Notes: generated by a model not told the origin, from the sequence alone. Positions 33,790 to 47,689 are shown, numbered from the stretch's first letter. The stretch: 64,000 bases of DNA from Heterodontus francisci (GCF_036365525.1 NC_090375.1:101688922-101752921), one strand, 5' to 3'. Translations and numbers: made by a program.

Positions 33790-34885
33790 CAGTGAGAATA
33801 ACTGGTACAGTATCAGATTGATTCCTGGAATTAGAGGGTTGGCCTATGAGGAGAAATTGAGTAGAATGGCCTGCACTCTCTGGAGTTTAGAAGAATGAGA
33901 GGTGATCTAATTGAAACATATAAGATTCTGAGAGAAAGAGAAACTGAAAGTGCTGGAAATACTCAACAGGTCTGGCAGCATCTGTGGAGAGAGAAAGAGA
34001 GTTAATGTTTCAGGTCTGTGACCTTTCATCAAAACTGGCAAAAATTAGAAATGTAATAGCTGAAAGGGGGAGGGGGAAGAAGAGCAAAAGGGAAGGTGTG
34101 TGATAGGGCAGAGGGCAGGAGAGATTAAATGACAGCGATGGCACGGAACACAAGGCAAAAGGAGTACTAATAGTTGTAGTAAAAGACAAAGCATGAGTCC
34201 AGAGACAGTGTTAATGACAGAATAATGAACAGCTCTGTCCAAAAGCGAAAACATGAAAAACAAGTTTAAGACAGGCACATGGTTAAAAAATAAATAAAAT
34301 TTAAAAAATGGCAGTCATGCTCTGAAATTGTTGAACTCAATGTTGAGTCCAGAAGGCTGTAGAGTGCCTAATCGGAAGATGAGGTACAGTTCCTCACACT
34401 TACATTGAGCTTCATTGGAACACTGTAGCAGGCCAAGGACAGAAATGTGCACTAGACAGCAGGGTGATGAATTAAAATGGCAAGTAACCAAAAGCTCGGG
34501 CCATGTTTGTGGACTGAGTGGAGGTGTTCCGATTCTGAGAGGTCTTGGTAGGGTAGATGCTGAGTGGCTGTTTCCCCTGGCTGGAGAGTCTAGAACTAGG
34601 GGGCATTGTCTCAGGATAAAGATTGGCCATTTAGAACTGAAATAAGGAGAAATTTCTCCATTCACAGAGTTATGAATCTTTGGAATTCTTTACCCCAGAA
34701 TGCTGTGAATGCCAGTCTTTCAGTATATTCAAGGCTGAGAGCAACAGATATTTGGACTCTAAGGGAATCAAGGGATATTGAAATTGGGCAGTAAAGTGAG
34801 TTGAGGTCAATGATCAGCCATGATTTTGCTGAATGGTGGAGAAGACTCAAAGGGCATCTGGCCAAGTCGTTCTTCTATTTCTTAT
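33790..34885 (+). mobile_element. CR1 3' fragment interrupted by a Penelope piece
   Basis: EFRRMRGDLIETYKILR | GLGRVDAEWLFP is colinear across the insertion; tail near 34880. Confidence 0.85.
33935..34530 (-). mobile_element. Penelope-like element 3' fragment with pseudo-LTR
   Basis: C-terminus LIFRLGTLQPSGLNIEFNNF matches ORF 48805..49467; 11-bp TSD GATTCTGAGAG at 33924-33934 and 34531-34541; hammerhead-like motif at 34000-34036. Confidence 0.85.
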
Positions 34886-35099
34886 GACATGCCCTTTGAA
34901 TGACGTCCTGAGAAGGCAATCAGAATTTTAGATAAGCTTCCTAGTTGAACTCTGGGACCTGTCAGGAAGTAGGGAATCCTTGTTCAGCCTAATGCCAGAA
35001 CTTCAATGCAGGAATCCAGCCTGCCTACTCTGGGATTGTGGGTAATTCCTGAGAGGAGCATCGATAAGGATTAACACATATACAACAGTATGTGATTGG

Positions 35100-35515
35100 C
35101 ATCCTTCTATCTATGAAAGATGATGGACATGCAGCAAACAATCCACTTAGATGGGGTGTCTTCTCTTGGTGCACCTTTGCTGATGGCTGTGAAGGCCAAT
35201 CCTTGAGAGGCAGGTTCTGGTATAAGCATCGCATGTGAAGCTGAAAAGTGATGCTGTGAGTTGTTGTTTTCAGCATTGGCGTCTGCTGCTAAGCTGCTGT
35301 AGGCACTGGCCGTCGTGGTAGTGCAAGCCGGTCCACAGGATGTGTCGCCAATTCCCTGTTTCACCAGCTAACTGCCAGTAACTCCCAGGTGCAATAGTCA
35401 ACATTTAGAGCCTTCATATCATGCTTGGAAGCATCCTTGAAGCGAAACTTTGGGTGCCCCACTTGCCGTCTGGCCCCAGCTACCTGACCACACAAAAGCT
35501 CCTTGGGTATGTGCA
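35100..35515 (-). mobile_element. Old RTE-type LINE 3' fragment (second family)
   Basis: HIPKELLCGQV...GHPKFRFKD and a terminal TCLSRIGLHSHQQRC zinc knuckle-like motif. Confidence 0.65.
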
Positions 35516-35539
35516 GTGAAGATGGAAACAAGAAGATCT

Positions 35540-35700
35540 AACAGATCTGGCAGCAGCAATGGAGAGAGAAACAAAGTCAATGTTTCAGGTCAATGACCCT
35601 GTTTCTCTCTCCACAGATGCTGCCAGACCTGCTGAGCATTTCCAGCAATTTTTGTTTCTATTTCAGTTATTCCAGCATCCATAGTATTTCACTTTTGTAT
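35540..35700. repeat. Fold-back Penelope terminal-repeat fragment
   Basis: TCTGGCAGCA...GGAGAGAGAAACA is mirrored by TGTTTCTCTCTCCA...TGCTGCCAGA. Confidence 0.75.
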
Positions 35701-35949
35701 AAGAAGACCTAGCCTGGGATGTCTGGAAAGCCTTATAGGAGCTGCCAGTTTCATAATTCCTTGGCATCCTTAGATGAATGCCATGCGTCAAAGCAATGCT
35801 CAGAGGCAAACTGATCACTGCTGAAATCTGGGCAGCAATCCCAACTCTCAAGGAAAGCAAGAGGATTGAAATCTCAAACATTGAGATTTCTTGAACCAAC
35901 AAATCTAATAATTGAGAGCAGTAATTTTAGGCTACAAACATTAAGCTGC

Positions 35950-38900
35950 CTGAGAAAGTGTTTCTTCCTCACAGAGGCACACTGTTTTATGTTAGGAGCA
36001 TTATGTCAACCTAACCATTTCTCCATGATCTTCAACTCCACTATGATTGCTGAGTCCCCACTGTCAACATACTGGGGGGGTCACTACTGACCAGAATTTT
36101 AACCGACCAGGCACATTAACATTGTGGCGAAAGGAGTAGAGCAGAGCACTGTGCAGTAAGTGGCTCACCTGTTGACTCTTCAAAGCCTTTCCATCATCGA
36201 CAACAACAACAAAAACAATTTGTCATAGAGTCATAGAGTTATACAGCACAGAAATAGACCCATCAGCCCACCGTGTCCATGCCGGCCGGCAAGCACCTAT
36301 CTATTCTAATCCCATTTTCCAGCACTTGGCCGGTAGCCTTGTCTGCTATGGCATTTCAAGTGCTCATCTAAATACTTCTTAAATGTTGTGAGGGTTTCTC
36401 CCTCTACCACCCCTTCAGGCAGTGTGTTACAGATTCCAACCACCCACTGGGTGAAAAAATCTTTCCTCAAATCCCCTCTAAACTTCCTGCCTCTTACCTT
36501 AAATCTATGCCCCCTGGTTATTGACACCTCTGCTAAGGGAAAAAGTTTCTTCCTATCTAACTTATCTATGCGCCTCAAGTCCCCCCTCAGCCTTCTCTGC
36601 TCTAAGGAAAACTACCCTAGCCTATCCAGTCTCTCTTCATAGCTGAAATGCTCCAGCCCAGGCAACATCCTGGTGAATCTCCTCTGCACCCTCTCCAGTG
36701 CAATCACATCCTTCCTATAGTGTGGCGACCAAAATTGTACACACAGTACTCAAGCTGTGGCCTAACTAGCCTTTTATACAGATCCATCATAACCTCCCTG
36801 CTCTTATATTCTATGCCTCGACTAATAAAAGCAAGTATCCCATATGCCTTCCTAATCATCTTATCTACCTGTGCTGCTGCCTTCAGTGATCTGTGGACAA
36901 GTACACCAAGGTCCCTCTGACTCTTTGTACTTCCTAGGGACCTACCACCCATTGTATATTCCCTTGCCTTGTTAGTCCTCCCGAAATGCATCACCTCACA
37001 CTTCTCAGGATTAAATTCCATTTGCTACTGTTCTGCACATCTTACCAGCCCATCTATAATTTCCCGTAATCTAAGGCTTTCCTCCTCACTATTTACGACA
37101 CCACCAATTTTTGTGTCATCTGCAAACTTACTGATCATTCGTCCTATAGTCACATCTAAATCATTAATGTACACTACAAACAGCAAGGGTCCCAGCACCG
37201 ATCCCTGCAGTGCACCACTGGTCATAGGCTTCCACTCGCAAAAACAACCCTTGACCATCACCCTCTGCCTCCTGCCACTAAGCCAATTTTGGATCCAATT
37301 TGACAAATTGCCCTTGATCCCATGGGCTCTTATCTTCTTAATCAATCTCCCATGTGGGACCTTGTCAAGAGCGTTACTGAAGTCCATGTAGACTACATCA
37401 ACTGCTTTACCCTCATCTGTACATCCAGTCACCTCCTCGAAAAATTCAATCAAGTTTGTTAGACACAATCTCCCCCTGACAAAGCCATGCTGTCTATTCC
37501 TGATTAATCCCTGCTTCTCCCAAGTGGAGATTAATCCTGTCCCTCAGAATTTTTTCCAATAGTTTCCCTACCACTGATGTTAGACTAACCGGTCTGTAAT
37601 TACCTGGTTTATCCCTGCTACCCTTCTTGAATAATGGTACCACATTTGCTGTCCTCCAGTTCTCTGATACCTCTCCTGTGGCCAGAGAGGATTTGAAAAT
37701 TTATGTCAGAGCCCCTGCTATCTCCTCCCTTGCCTCACATAACAGGCTGGCTACATCTCATCTGGGCCTGGGGATTTATCCACTTTTAAGCCCACTAAAT
37801 CCACTAATACCTCCTCCCTTTCAATGCTAATTTGTTTGAGTATATCACAATCCCCATCCCTGATCTCTACACCTACATCATCCTTCTCCACAGTGAACAC
37901 AGATGAAAAGTAATAATTTAAAACATTACCTACATTCTCCGGCTCCACACACAGATTGCCACTTTGGTCCCTAATGGGCCCTACTCTTTCCCTGGTTGTC
38001 CTCTTGCCCTTAATGTGCTTATAAAATGCCTTGAGATTGTCCTTTATCTTGTCCACCAGTGTTTTTTCATGCCCCCTCTTCGCTCTCCTAATTATATTTT
38101 AAGTACCCCCTCTACATTTTCTATACTCCTCTAGGGCCTCCACTGTTTTTAGCCCTCTGAATCTGCCATAAGCCTTTTTTTTTTCCAGATACAATCCACT
38201 ATATCCCTTAACATCCAGGGTTTCCTGGACTTGTTGGCCCTGAACTCTCACTATTTCCTTTTTGAATGATTCCCACTGGTCTGATGTAGACTTTCCTACA
38301 AGTAGCTGCTCCCACTGCACTTTGGCCAGATCCTGTTTTATCATATTGAAATCAGCCTTTCCCCCAATTCAGTACCTTTATTTCTGGTCCATCTTTGTCC
38401 TTTTCCATAACTACCTTAAATTGTACAGAGATATGATCACTATCCCCAAATGCTCCTCCGCTGACACTTCTACCACTTGTCCAGCCTCATTCCCTAGGAT
38501 TAGGTCCAGTAACGCCCTCCTCTTGTAGGACTATCTACGTGCTGGCTCAAAAAGCTCTCCTGTATGCACTTTAAGAATTCCGCCCCCTTTAAGCCTTTTG
38601 CACTAAGACTATCCCAGTTAATATTGGGGAAGTTGAAATCCCCTACTATTATTACCCTATTATTTCTACACCTCTCTGAGAGTTGCCTACATATCTGCTC
38701 CTCTATCTCTCCCTGACTACTTGGAGGCCTGTAGTACACTCCCAGCCAAGTGATTGCCCCCTTTTTGTTTTCAAGTTCTACCCATATGGCCTCATTTGAG
38801 GAACCTTCTAAGACATCATCCCTCCTTACTGCAGTAATTGACTCCTTGAGCAATAGTGCAATGCCACCTCCTCCTTTACACCCCTCTCTGTCACGCCTGA

Positions 38901-40860
38901 AGATTCTATATCCTAGAATATTGAGCTGCCAGTCCTGCCCTTCCGTCAATCATGTCTCTGTGATAGCAATAATATCATATTCCCATGTGTTAATCAACGC
39001 CCTCAATTTATTTGCCTTACTTGTAAGACTCCTTGTGTTAAAATAGATGCAATCCAGCCTTGCATTATTCGCTTGTGCCTTAACAGGTCTATATTTACTC
39101 TGCCTTCCAGACTGACTTAATTTCTCTTCTAAATTTGGCTGTGCATCACCCCCTACTGTACCTCCACTCTGTATCCCATCCCCCTGCCAAATTAGTTTAA
39201 AGCCCCCACCACCACCACCACCACCCCCCCTCCCCCGCCCCACACCAGCACGAGCAAACCTCCCAGCAAGGATGTTGGTCCCACTCTGGTTCAGGTGCAA
39301 CCCATCCAACTTGTACAGGTCCTACCTTTGCCAGAAACAGACTCAGTGATCCAGGAAACTAAAGCCCTCCCTCCTGCACCATCTCTTCAGCCACGCATTC
39401 ATCTGCTCTATCCTCCTATTCCTATACTCACTAGCATGTGGCACCAGGAGAAATCCAGAGATTATGGCCTTTGAGGTCCTTCTTTTTAGTCTGCTACCTA
39501 ACTCCCTAAATTCTTGTTGCAGGACCTCATCCCTCTTTCTACCTATGTCATTGGTACCAATGTGAACCACAACCGCTGACTGTTCACCCTACCCCTTCAG
39601 AATGTCCTGCAGCCACTCCGTGACATCCTTGACCCAAGCACCAGGGAGGCAACATACCATCCTGGAGTCACGTTTGTGGCCACAGAAATGCCTATCTGTA
39701 CTCTTTATGATAGAATCCCCTATCACTATAGCTCTCTGACTCTTTTTCCTTTCCTCCTGTGCAGCTGAGCCACCAGTGGTGCCACAGACTTGCTCTTGCT
39801 GCATTCTCCTGAGAAGCTATCTCCCCCAACAGTATTCAAAGTGGAAAATCTGTTAGAGAGGGAGATGGACCCGGGGATTCCTGCCACTACCTGCCTAGTT
39901 CTTCTACTCTGCCTGGCGGTCACCCATTCCCTTCCTGCCTGAGCAGTCTTTACCTGCTGTGTGACCACCTCCCTGTACAGGCTATCCACATTGATCTCAG
40001 CCTCACGGATGGTCCACTGTGTCCCCAGCCGCCGCTCCAGATCTGAAACGCGGATTTTGAGTAGCTGCAGCTGGAGACACTTCCTGCACACATGTTCGCC
40101 CTGGACACTGGAAGTGTCCCTTACTTCCCACACTGGACAGGAGGAGCACTCCACACTGCTGAGCTGCCCTTAATTTACTCCCCTAAATTACTCGAAAAGT
40201 TGAGATTATTTACATGAGGGACCTTGATTCCCTAGAAACCACTACTCACTATATAAAAAATAATTACTAATTAATAAATTACACTAATTAATTTAAAAAA
40301 CACACTTTTGTAGTACTAACTAACTTTAGTAGTACTAACCTTATCACCTCTCAGTATTTGTGCTCATATAGCACCTTTAATGTAAGAAAACATCCTAAGG
40401 CTTTTCATAGGAGCATTATCAAACAAAATTTGACAGCGCTCAGCATAATCAAATACTCATAACTTACCTGAATGGGTGCAACAAAAACAACACTCAAGAA
40501 GCCTCAAACCATTCAGCAGAGAGCAGACTACCTGTCTGGTTTCCTTCTCATTCGATTCAATATTCCACTGTGACTGTAGTTTGCATTATCTACAGGATGC
40601 ACTGCAGAATGTCCCAGTCCCATGACCTTTACCACTAAGGAGGACAAGAGCAAATTTCCCTCCAACTCATACACAATTTTGACTTGGACACATCTTTCCT
40701 TCATCCTTGCTAAGTCAATATCCTGGATTTTGCTGCCTTCGTTGTGTAAACACCATCAGCACAGAGACTGCAGTGGTTCAAGGAGAAGGCCCACATCTCC
40801 TTTTCAGGACAGCCAAGAATAAACTATAAATGCAGCCTTGCTAGCATCCCATGAACAAAT
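35950..40860 (+). mobile_element. Old CR1-group LINE relic (35950-36200 and 40440-40860) containing an L2 tail, which in turn contains a full CR1
   Basis: Similar to 15900-16630; an L2 3' tail is split between 36200-36222 and 40363-40435. Confidence 0.55.
36223..40355 (-). mobile_element. Full-length decayed CR1 (ORF1 zinc finger + SGNH esterase, ORF2 APE + RT)
   Basis: CSSCPVWE..CRKCLQ, IGDSII, GTNDIG and DGLHL in ORF1; TET, YYRPP, GDFNFP and FADD in ORF2; (ACTCTATG)n tail; many frameshifts. Confidence 0.93.
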
Positions 40861-41369
40861 TAAAACAAATAAATTATAGGCTGCTTTGCCCTGCTGTTGC
40901 TCACAGATAAAATTAAATCCTATAAATGTCTTTCTGCTTCTTGACCACTGTAATTCTTTTCATATCACTTTCGCTGTCTGTCAGGCTAATGAAAGGAAAC
41001 GAGAAAGCAGGTCACAAACGTGGGGAGTGGATCAATAGAACTTCAGCAGAAGGAGTGCAACCACAATGAAGAGGGGATATGCTTACTTTGATGGGATGGT
41101 CTGCAGGAAGTTGTGTGAAATCAAACTATCGACAGAAAAAAAGTTAAGAAAACATAACTCAAAAGTTCCAGACAAGTACTCCACAGGTTTCCAACACAAG
41201 AGTAGGATATTAAGTTCAAAATATACTTGAATTGATGTGGAATAACTAACTGCTTTTATTTCTAGACCCTATAGAAGATTCCCATCAAAGAATAACAAAG
41301 GAATACAAAAATGTAATTCCTGCAATGTGCTTCCTCCCATCAGACGACCATCTAGTGTTCAGTTAGCAA

Positions 41370-41720
41370 CATGTCTCCGCTTTAAAGACGTCTGCAAACG
41401 CGACATGAAATCCTGTGACATTGATCACAAGTCGTGGGAGTCAGTTGCCAGCGTTCGCCAGAGCTGACGGGCAGCCATAAAGACGGGGCTAAAATGTGGC
41501 GAGTCGAAGAGACTTAGTAGTTGGCAGGAAAAAAGACAGAGGTGCAAGGGGAGAGCCAACTGTGCAACAGCCCCGACAAACAAATTTCTCTGCAGCACCT
41601 GTGGAAGAGCCTGTCACTCTAGAATTGGCCTTTATAGCCACTCCAGGCACTGCTTCACAAACCACTGACCACCTCCAGGCGCGTATCCATTGTCTTTCGA
41701 GATAAGGAGGCCAAAGAAGA
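41370..41720 (+). mobile_element. RTE 3'-end fragment, same family as 1000-4089
   Basis: Reverse-complement match to 1000-1353; ends GGCCAAAGAAGA; ACATGT present at both junctions. Confidence 0.9.
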
Positions 41721-42351
41721 TACATGTACCATACATATCACATTGCAGCATGTTCGAGTCATTTACACCGTATCGGCAACTATTTGCTTAAGAATATGTA
41801 TTTTATTTTGAATTGTTTAACGTACTAGGATTTCTTACTTAAATGAGTATATTTCTAACTCACTGAAAAATCAATATGTTGTCTCGAGCAAAGTTCACAA
41901 AAATTCTTTCAGCAATTTAATTATGCAAGTTTCTGTTGCTTACTCAGTTTTCATGGTACTTACTGACTGAATCAAACTGCTTGTCTCGAATGTAAATTGG
42001 ACTGGCAGTGGGCAGGATAATTGCTCCACCTGATGATACTGCCAGGAGATCTGATTAATGATGATCAGGCCTCACTTACCTGTAAAAGACAAGCTGTCAG
42101 TACTAATTGCTCAGAAGCAATTCATTGGTAGGGTAGGAAATTCACTGGGGCATTGTTCATTGTGGGCCTCAGCAGGAGGCACCAGGAGTGAAATGGAGCA
42201 GCAGTGGGAAAATTTTAAAGCACACACAGCAGCATGGAAATTAAATTATGGAAACCTTTAAAGTTGAAAACATTTAAGAGAATTAAGTAATAATGAATGC
42301 TTGATCTACTTCCAGCTTTCCTCGATAGCAGGTAAGGACCCTTTCATATAC

Positions 42352-43740
42352 AGCAACAATTTGTATTTATATAGCATCTTTAACATAGTAAAACATCCCA
42401 AGGCTCTTCACAGGAGCATTGTAAAGTAAAATTTGACACTGAGTCACATAAGGAGTATTAGGGCAGGTGCTGTTAGGTTCTAAGGAGCATCTTAAAGGAA
42501 GATAGAGAGGTGGACAGATTTAGGGAGGAAATTCAGAGGTGAGGGCCTTGCATTTGAAGGTATGAGCTCCAATGGGGGCGGGCAATTAAAATCGGCAATG
42601 CTGAAGAGGCCAAAATTAGATGAGCGCAGATGTCTCAGAGACTGGAGGAGATTGCAGAGATAGGGAGGGACAAGGCCATGGAGAGATTTGAAAACAAGGA
42701 TGAATATTTTAAAATAGAGGTATTGCTTAACTGGGAGCCAATGTAGGTCAATGAGCACAAGGGCAATGAGTGAATTGAACTTGGTGCGAGTTAGAACATG
42801 CACAGTAAAGGCCTGCTCAGGTCAGGAGAAAAAAACCCAACCCGAACCCAACAGAACCACTTCAGACACGAGCCCAACCTGGCCCAAGTTCCTCCACTTT
42901 TTTCCGCGCCCGAGCCGGACCTGAGCCCGACCCGACCACCAGAATGTTCACTTTACCTTCTGATTATGAATCTGCAGGAAGCTGCAGCATGAGCACGAAG
43001 ATGTCATAGAGTCGCTCACTGTGCAGACTCAGAGTTTCCTTCCTTGATGTCCCAGACTCCCAGCTCGGGTAGGCTTTTCAACTTTTGACGCTTACTAAAC
43101 TCAACTTCCCAGCAGAGCAAAATGTAATACTTACTGTGTGTGTCCGACCTGGACACGGCCCGAACCGACCCGAGCCCGAAAGCCGGAGTCGGAAGAGCGA
43201 CCCAACCCGAGCCCGACACATGTCGTCTGGTCCTGTTGGGGAGCAGGCCTTTAATGGACAGTGGGGTTTAGGATGGCCTCAGGTTTATGGAGGGTAGAAT
43301 GTGGGATGCTGGCCAGGAGTGTGTTGGAATAGTCGGACCTATAGGTAAAAAAGGCAGGAATAAGGGTTTCAGCAGCAAATGAGCTGAGGCAGGGGCAGAG
43401 TCTGGTGACGTTATGGAGGTCTTAGTGATGGTGTGGATATGTGATCAGATGCTCATCTTGGAGTCAAATGTGACATTCAGGTTACAAACAGTCAGGTTCA
43501 ACCACAAACAGTTGCCAGAGAGAGGGATGGAGTCAGTGTCCAGGAACGGAGTTTGTGGTGGGGACTGAAAACAATGGCTTCAAACTTCCCAATATTTAAT
43601 TGAAGGGAATTTCTGTTCATCCAGCTCTGGAAGTTGGGTAAGCAGTCTGACAATTTAGAGACAGTGGAGGGCTCGTGGATGGTGGTGGCGAGGTAAAGCC
43701 AGGTGTCATCAGTGTATATGTGGAAACTGACGCAATGTTT
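42352..43740 (-). mobile_element. L2 LINE 3' fragment
   Basis: LVLIDLHWLPVKQ..FKIFILVFKSLHGLVPPYL in ORF 42492..42803; L2 tail ...GCTATATAAATACAAATTGTTG. Confidence 0.88.
42806..43253. mobile_element. hAT-family MITE
   Basis: Perfect 13-bp TIR TAAAGGCCTGCTC; 8-bp TSD ATGCACAG / ATGGACAG; repeated subterminal CCCGA motifs. Confidence 0.88.
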
Positions 43741-44244
43741 TCATTGGGAATGGCAAGCTCCCACGACATTACTGATGGAAATTATTTGTGGGTAGATTGA
43801 GGAAGTCATGGCGGCAGCACTTGATGAGCCAAAAATAGTTATGGGTGTCCTGACAATGGAAAATGTTAGCCCACGCCTGTTACCATTGGAAGCGCTGGCT
43901 TCTTAAATCAAGGTCCACAAGTGAAAGGGAATGGGTAATGAAGGAGGTTTAGTGTTGATACCAAAGCTGAGCTCTGGGGAAGCACCCCACTAAGCAGTCC
44001 AAACAGCGGCTTCTTTGAGTATGCCATAAAATAATTCACTTTGAGAAATATTCCTGGCATATTTATACTTTGTAACTGTTTCTAAGTTTCTATGCATATT
44101 CACAAGTCATAGCCACAGATGATAGCCCGAGTCTTCCAACAATCATGTTCCAAATCTACGTAAGCCTACAGACACTATATTGATTACCACATAATGAAGA
44201 CTTGAAGAATGCTTCCCAGAATGGGGGAGTTAACTTGCATTAAG

Positions 44245-44730
44245 ATAGGAGTATTCTGTCCAATTCTGGGCACCACAGGTGTTAGAGAGCGTGCAAAAAA
44301 GATTTACAAGAATGGTTACAGGGATGAGGAACTTCAGTTATGTGGATAGATTGGAGAAGCTGGGGCTGTTTTCCTTCAAGAAGAGAAGTTTAAGAGGAGA
44401 TTTGATAGAGGTTTTCAAATCATGAGGGGTCTGGACAGAGTAGAGAGAGAGAAACTGTTCCCATTGGCGGAAGGGTCAAGAACCAGAGGACACCGATTTA
44501 AGCTGAATGGCAAAAAAAACAAAGGCGACATGAGGAAAAATGTTTTTAGGCAGCAAGTGGTTAGGATCTGGAATGCACTGCCTGAGGCAGATTTAATTGT
44601 GGCTTTCAAAAGGGAATTGGATAATTACCTGAAAGGAAAAAAATTGCAGGGCAATGGGGAAAAGGTGGGGGAGTGGCACTAGCTGAGTTTCTCTTGCAGA
44701 GAACATTCTATGATTCTAGGAATCTATGAT
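44245..44730 (+). mobile_element. CR1 3' fragment
   Basis: ORF 44422..44682 (MRGLDRVEREKLFPLAEGSRTRGH); TTCTATGA tail. Confidence 0.85.
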
Positions 44731-44735
44731 TTCAA

Positions 44736-45857
44736 AGGGGGTAATTTCAACCATCAAAAATGGGTGTGTTTGGGTCAGGTGGGATGTTAAAATATTATAA
44801 AATTGAAACCAGAACCCACCTTGCCTCAAACCCACCCAGTTTTGATGGAGGGATGACTTTTTGGTCATTTAAATATTATAACGAAGCTACGTGTCTCAGA
44901 TTTAATCTGTCTTCCAAATTATCATTGCTTGGCTTTTCTGCTCTCTACCTCTGCTTTTCTAAGATGCTCCTTAAAACGTACCTCTTTGATCGAGTGTTTG
45001 GTCATTTGTCTTGATATCCTTTTCTGTGGCTCTGTGTCACTCTTGTTAATGTTTTATTATGTTAAATGCGCGATATCAATATAAGTTGTTTTTTTTAACA
45101 CTGGTCGGCTTGGTTTGCTGGCTCCAGGACTAAAGACTCCCAACTAAAAGGAGGCAGGAACTGCTTCATGTAAAGGGTAACTGCCTTTGCAGCACTGCTT
45201 ATGGGCCGAGAGGAGCAGGAGTGCTAACTCCCATTGTACTTAGCTTTCCTGCTTCTCAACCCAATATAAGACCCCCACCCTCAAGGATCCAAAGCACCAG
45301 CCCCCTACTCGCAACCCCCACTCACCATACCCTGCAATCACCACCCAACCCATATATTCAAAGCTGAGTTAGACAGATTTTTGACTGACAAAGGAGTCAA
45401 GGATTATGGGTGGCAGGCAGGAAAGTGCGTTAAGGCCACAATCAGATCAGCAATTATCTTATTGAATGGTGGAGTAGGTTCAAGGGGCTGAATGGCCTAC
45501 TCCTGCTCCTATCTCTTAAATTTCTTAAACCCCCCCGCCCCAAAAAATCTGACTAGTCTCCTGGGAATGCTAACACCCTCCCATGCTCGGACCCATTCCT
45601 GGGATTGGAAACCCCACCCCACCACCCCCCCCCATCCTGGAATTGGCAATCACACTCCTCCTCCAATGCAGCCACTAACTCAGCCACATGTGCCCTACCT
45701 GCTCCTGGGCTGCAGCCTCCTTCGAAGTGTACACCACCCGACAAAGATACTAGTCTATCAAGCAGGCTGGCCTCCGGATGGGAGACTTGCTGGAAAAAGA
45801 GATGTACGCTGTGACTTTAAAACAGTATAAACCACCCAGCTTGCAAAATCTTGCCCC
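44736..45857. mobile_element. Harbinger-type MITE with nested L2-tail (44930-45090) and CR1-tail (45355-45520) fragments
   Basis: Ends GGGGGTAATTTC / AAAATCTTGCCCC; the nested LINE tails are recognisable. Confidence 0.5.
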
Positions 45858-46784
45858 AGTCAAAATTGGGGCCTACCAATCCAATCACAACATTCTTGCT
45901 ATTGACTCACTATTTCACCCATTTCACATGGGTGTGGGGAGCTCTGTGATCAGAGATTGTTACCCTGAATTTGGCACTGGGCTTCATGAACAAACCTCTA
46001 CCTTCGTAAGGAAGCTGCCTTCCTTTAAACCACTTTTTTTTCTGAGTTGTGGCACACAAGCCAACATCTCAAAGCGGACTCACACATGGCAAGATCCTGC
46101 TCTGCCAGCAGAGTCTCACAATTACTAGACTAATAGGGTTGATTTTACAAATTGGTTGGAATATCGTAGGGAAGCATCCCCATAATTTCACAACATATGC
46201 TCCCGGCAGGCAGGGTTCCACTCTGGAAACGTGCATTTATAAAACTGGAACTGTATATCATTTATAAAGGGACCTGTGAGATCCAATACTTTATGAATAG
46301 TGATGTTTACTCTATGATACATGGAGCTGCAGCTGAGGTAAATTATTTTCTCGATTCACTGAGATGAAAAATGAATGTACTCTCCGGCTTGCACGTAGCA
46401 AAAATTAGTTTAACCATATTTCCAATATTTCACAGATTCTCTGCTTCCTTGTTGCATTTGTGTCCTGTTGCATTTCTTCTGAAAGCTCATTAGCTGTACA
46501 AAAAATAGTTTGTAATGTTCTCTTTTTAAATTAAAGTACTTGCTAAATGAAAAGTTAATTTTGGTAAGGTCAGTTGGGGGATGGTGTGGGTGATGGGTGG
46601 GGAATCCAAGAAGCTAAGGATCAAGTAATTATTACAACACTTTGTCGGTGCTGTATGTAGCATGAATTCACATTGCAATAGTTATTAAGTAAATGTTGAT
46701 TAGATATCATTCCAGGAAATTCCCATTTGAAGAGTCATTTTGCTGTGCTATAGCGAAATGAGTTCAAAGTGAAACCTGGTATGA

Positions 46785-46990
46785 AAATGGAAAATGTTGA
46801 CAATACACAGCAGGTTAATCAGCATCTGATATGAAAAAGTGGAGTTAATATTTTGAGTGGGGTCATTCATGAAAAATAATGACAAAGGACCCACACAAAA
46901 CAGTGACCTGTCTTTCTTCAGATGTTGTCATGTGATTCCAACATTTTCTGTTTTTATTTCAGATCTATAGGATTCATAATATTTTTTCTC
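46785..46990. repeat. Old fold-back Penelope terminal-repeat fragment
   Basis: Decayed version of the inverted structure at 55020-55240. Confidence 0.55.
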
Positions 46991-47080
46991 GTGTCACACA
47001 AATGCACAAACTGGCTGAAGTATAACAAATTTTAAAGAAAAAGTCATTGTCTTTAGCAAATACTTAACTTTAAAAAGAGT

Positions 47081-47526
47081 GGGGGTGCTTCAACCATCCG
47101 TTGATGCCCAAGGCCCACCGGATGCAATTTTAGGTGGGTTGATAAATGGATGAGCAGCACACTTGCCCTTTTTCTGTGAAGGCAGCTTAAATATACAAAT
47201 CGCGGCTTGATAGCTGTTCTGGAAAAGGCACAAAATTTCCTTGGGAGATTTTTATTATTGCCAGGAGAAGCAGAAGTGCTTCTCCTCGCTTCAGAAAAAT
47301 AATGCCAGTTACTGCTGGCCCATGTTCGACCCTGCTGGGATCAGGTCCCCTCTCCCCAGGCTGACATGCTAGCTAGCTGAGCATAGGAACTGGCCACTTT
47401 CCCACCCTCCAACACCCGACTGGGGCACTAGCTTGTCATCTGCAGATTTCTGATGGCTACAAGTGACTGTGGCAGCTGCTGTTCTCAATAAGCGCATGTT
47501 TTGGGCAGATGTTGAAAATCATCCCC
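47081..47526. mobile_element. Harbinger-type MITE
   Basis: Degenerate TIRs GGGGGTGCTTCAAC / GTTGAAAATCATCCCC. Confidence 0.5.
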
Positions 47527-47689
47527 ATAAGTCTTTAAAACCTACCTGATGTGCTGGCAGCAACTGGGCATTGATATAAATTAGGCCAAAAAATGCCTTT
47601 AAAAAAAAATATGATCTCATTGGCCAAGAAGGTTCCAGAGGACTTGACGAAATTATTTATGATCAGATCAAAGAAATTACATGGCAGAA

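Noticed and set aside
40940-41130. Possible host exon or microexon (polypyrimidine-AG and GTAAG signals on both strands)
   Set aside because: Reading frames are short or closed, there is no recognisable protein, and the minus-strand candidate is 14 nt; not supportable without RNA data.
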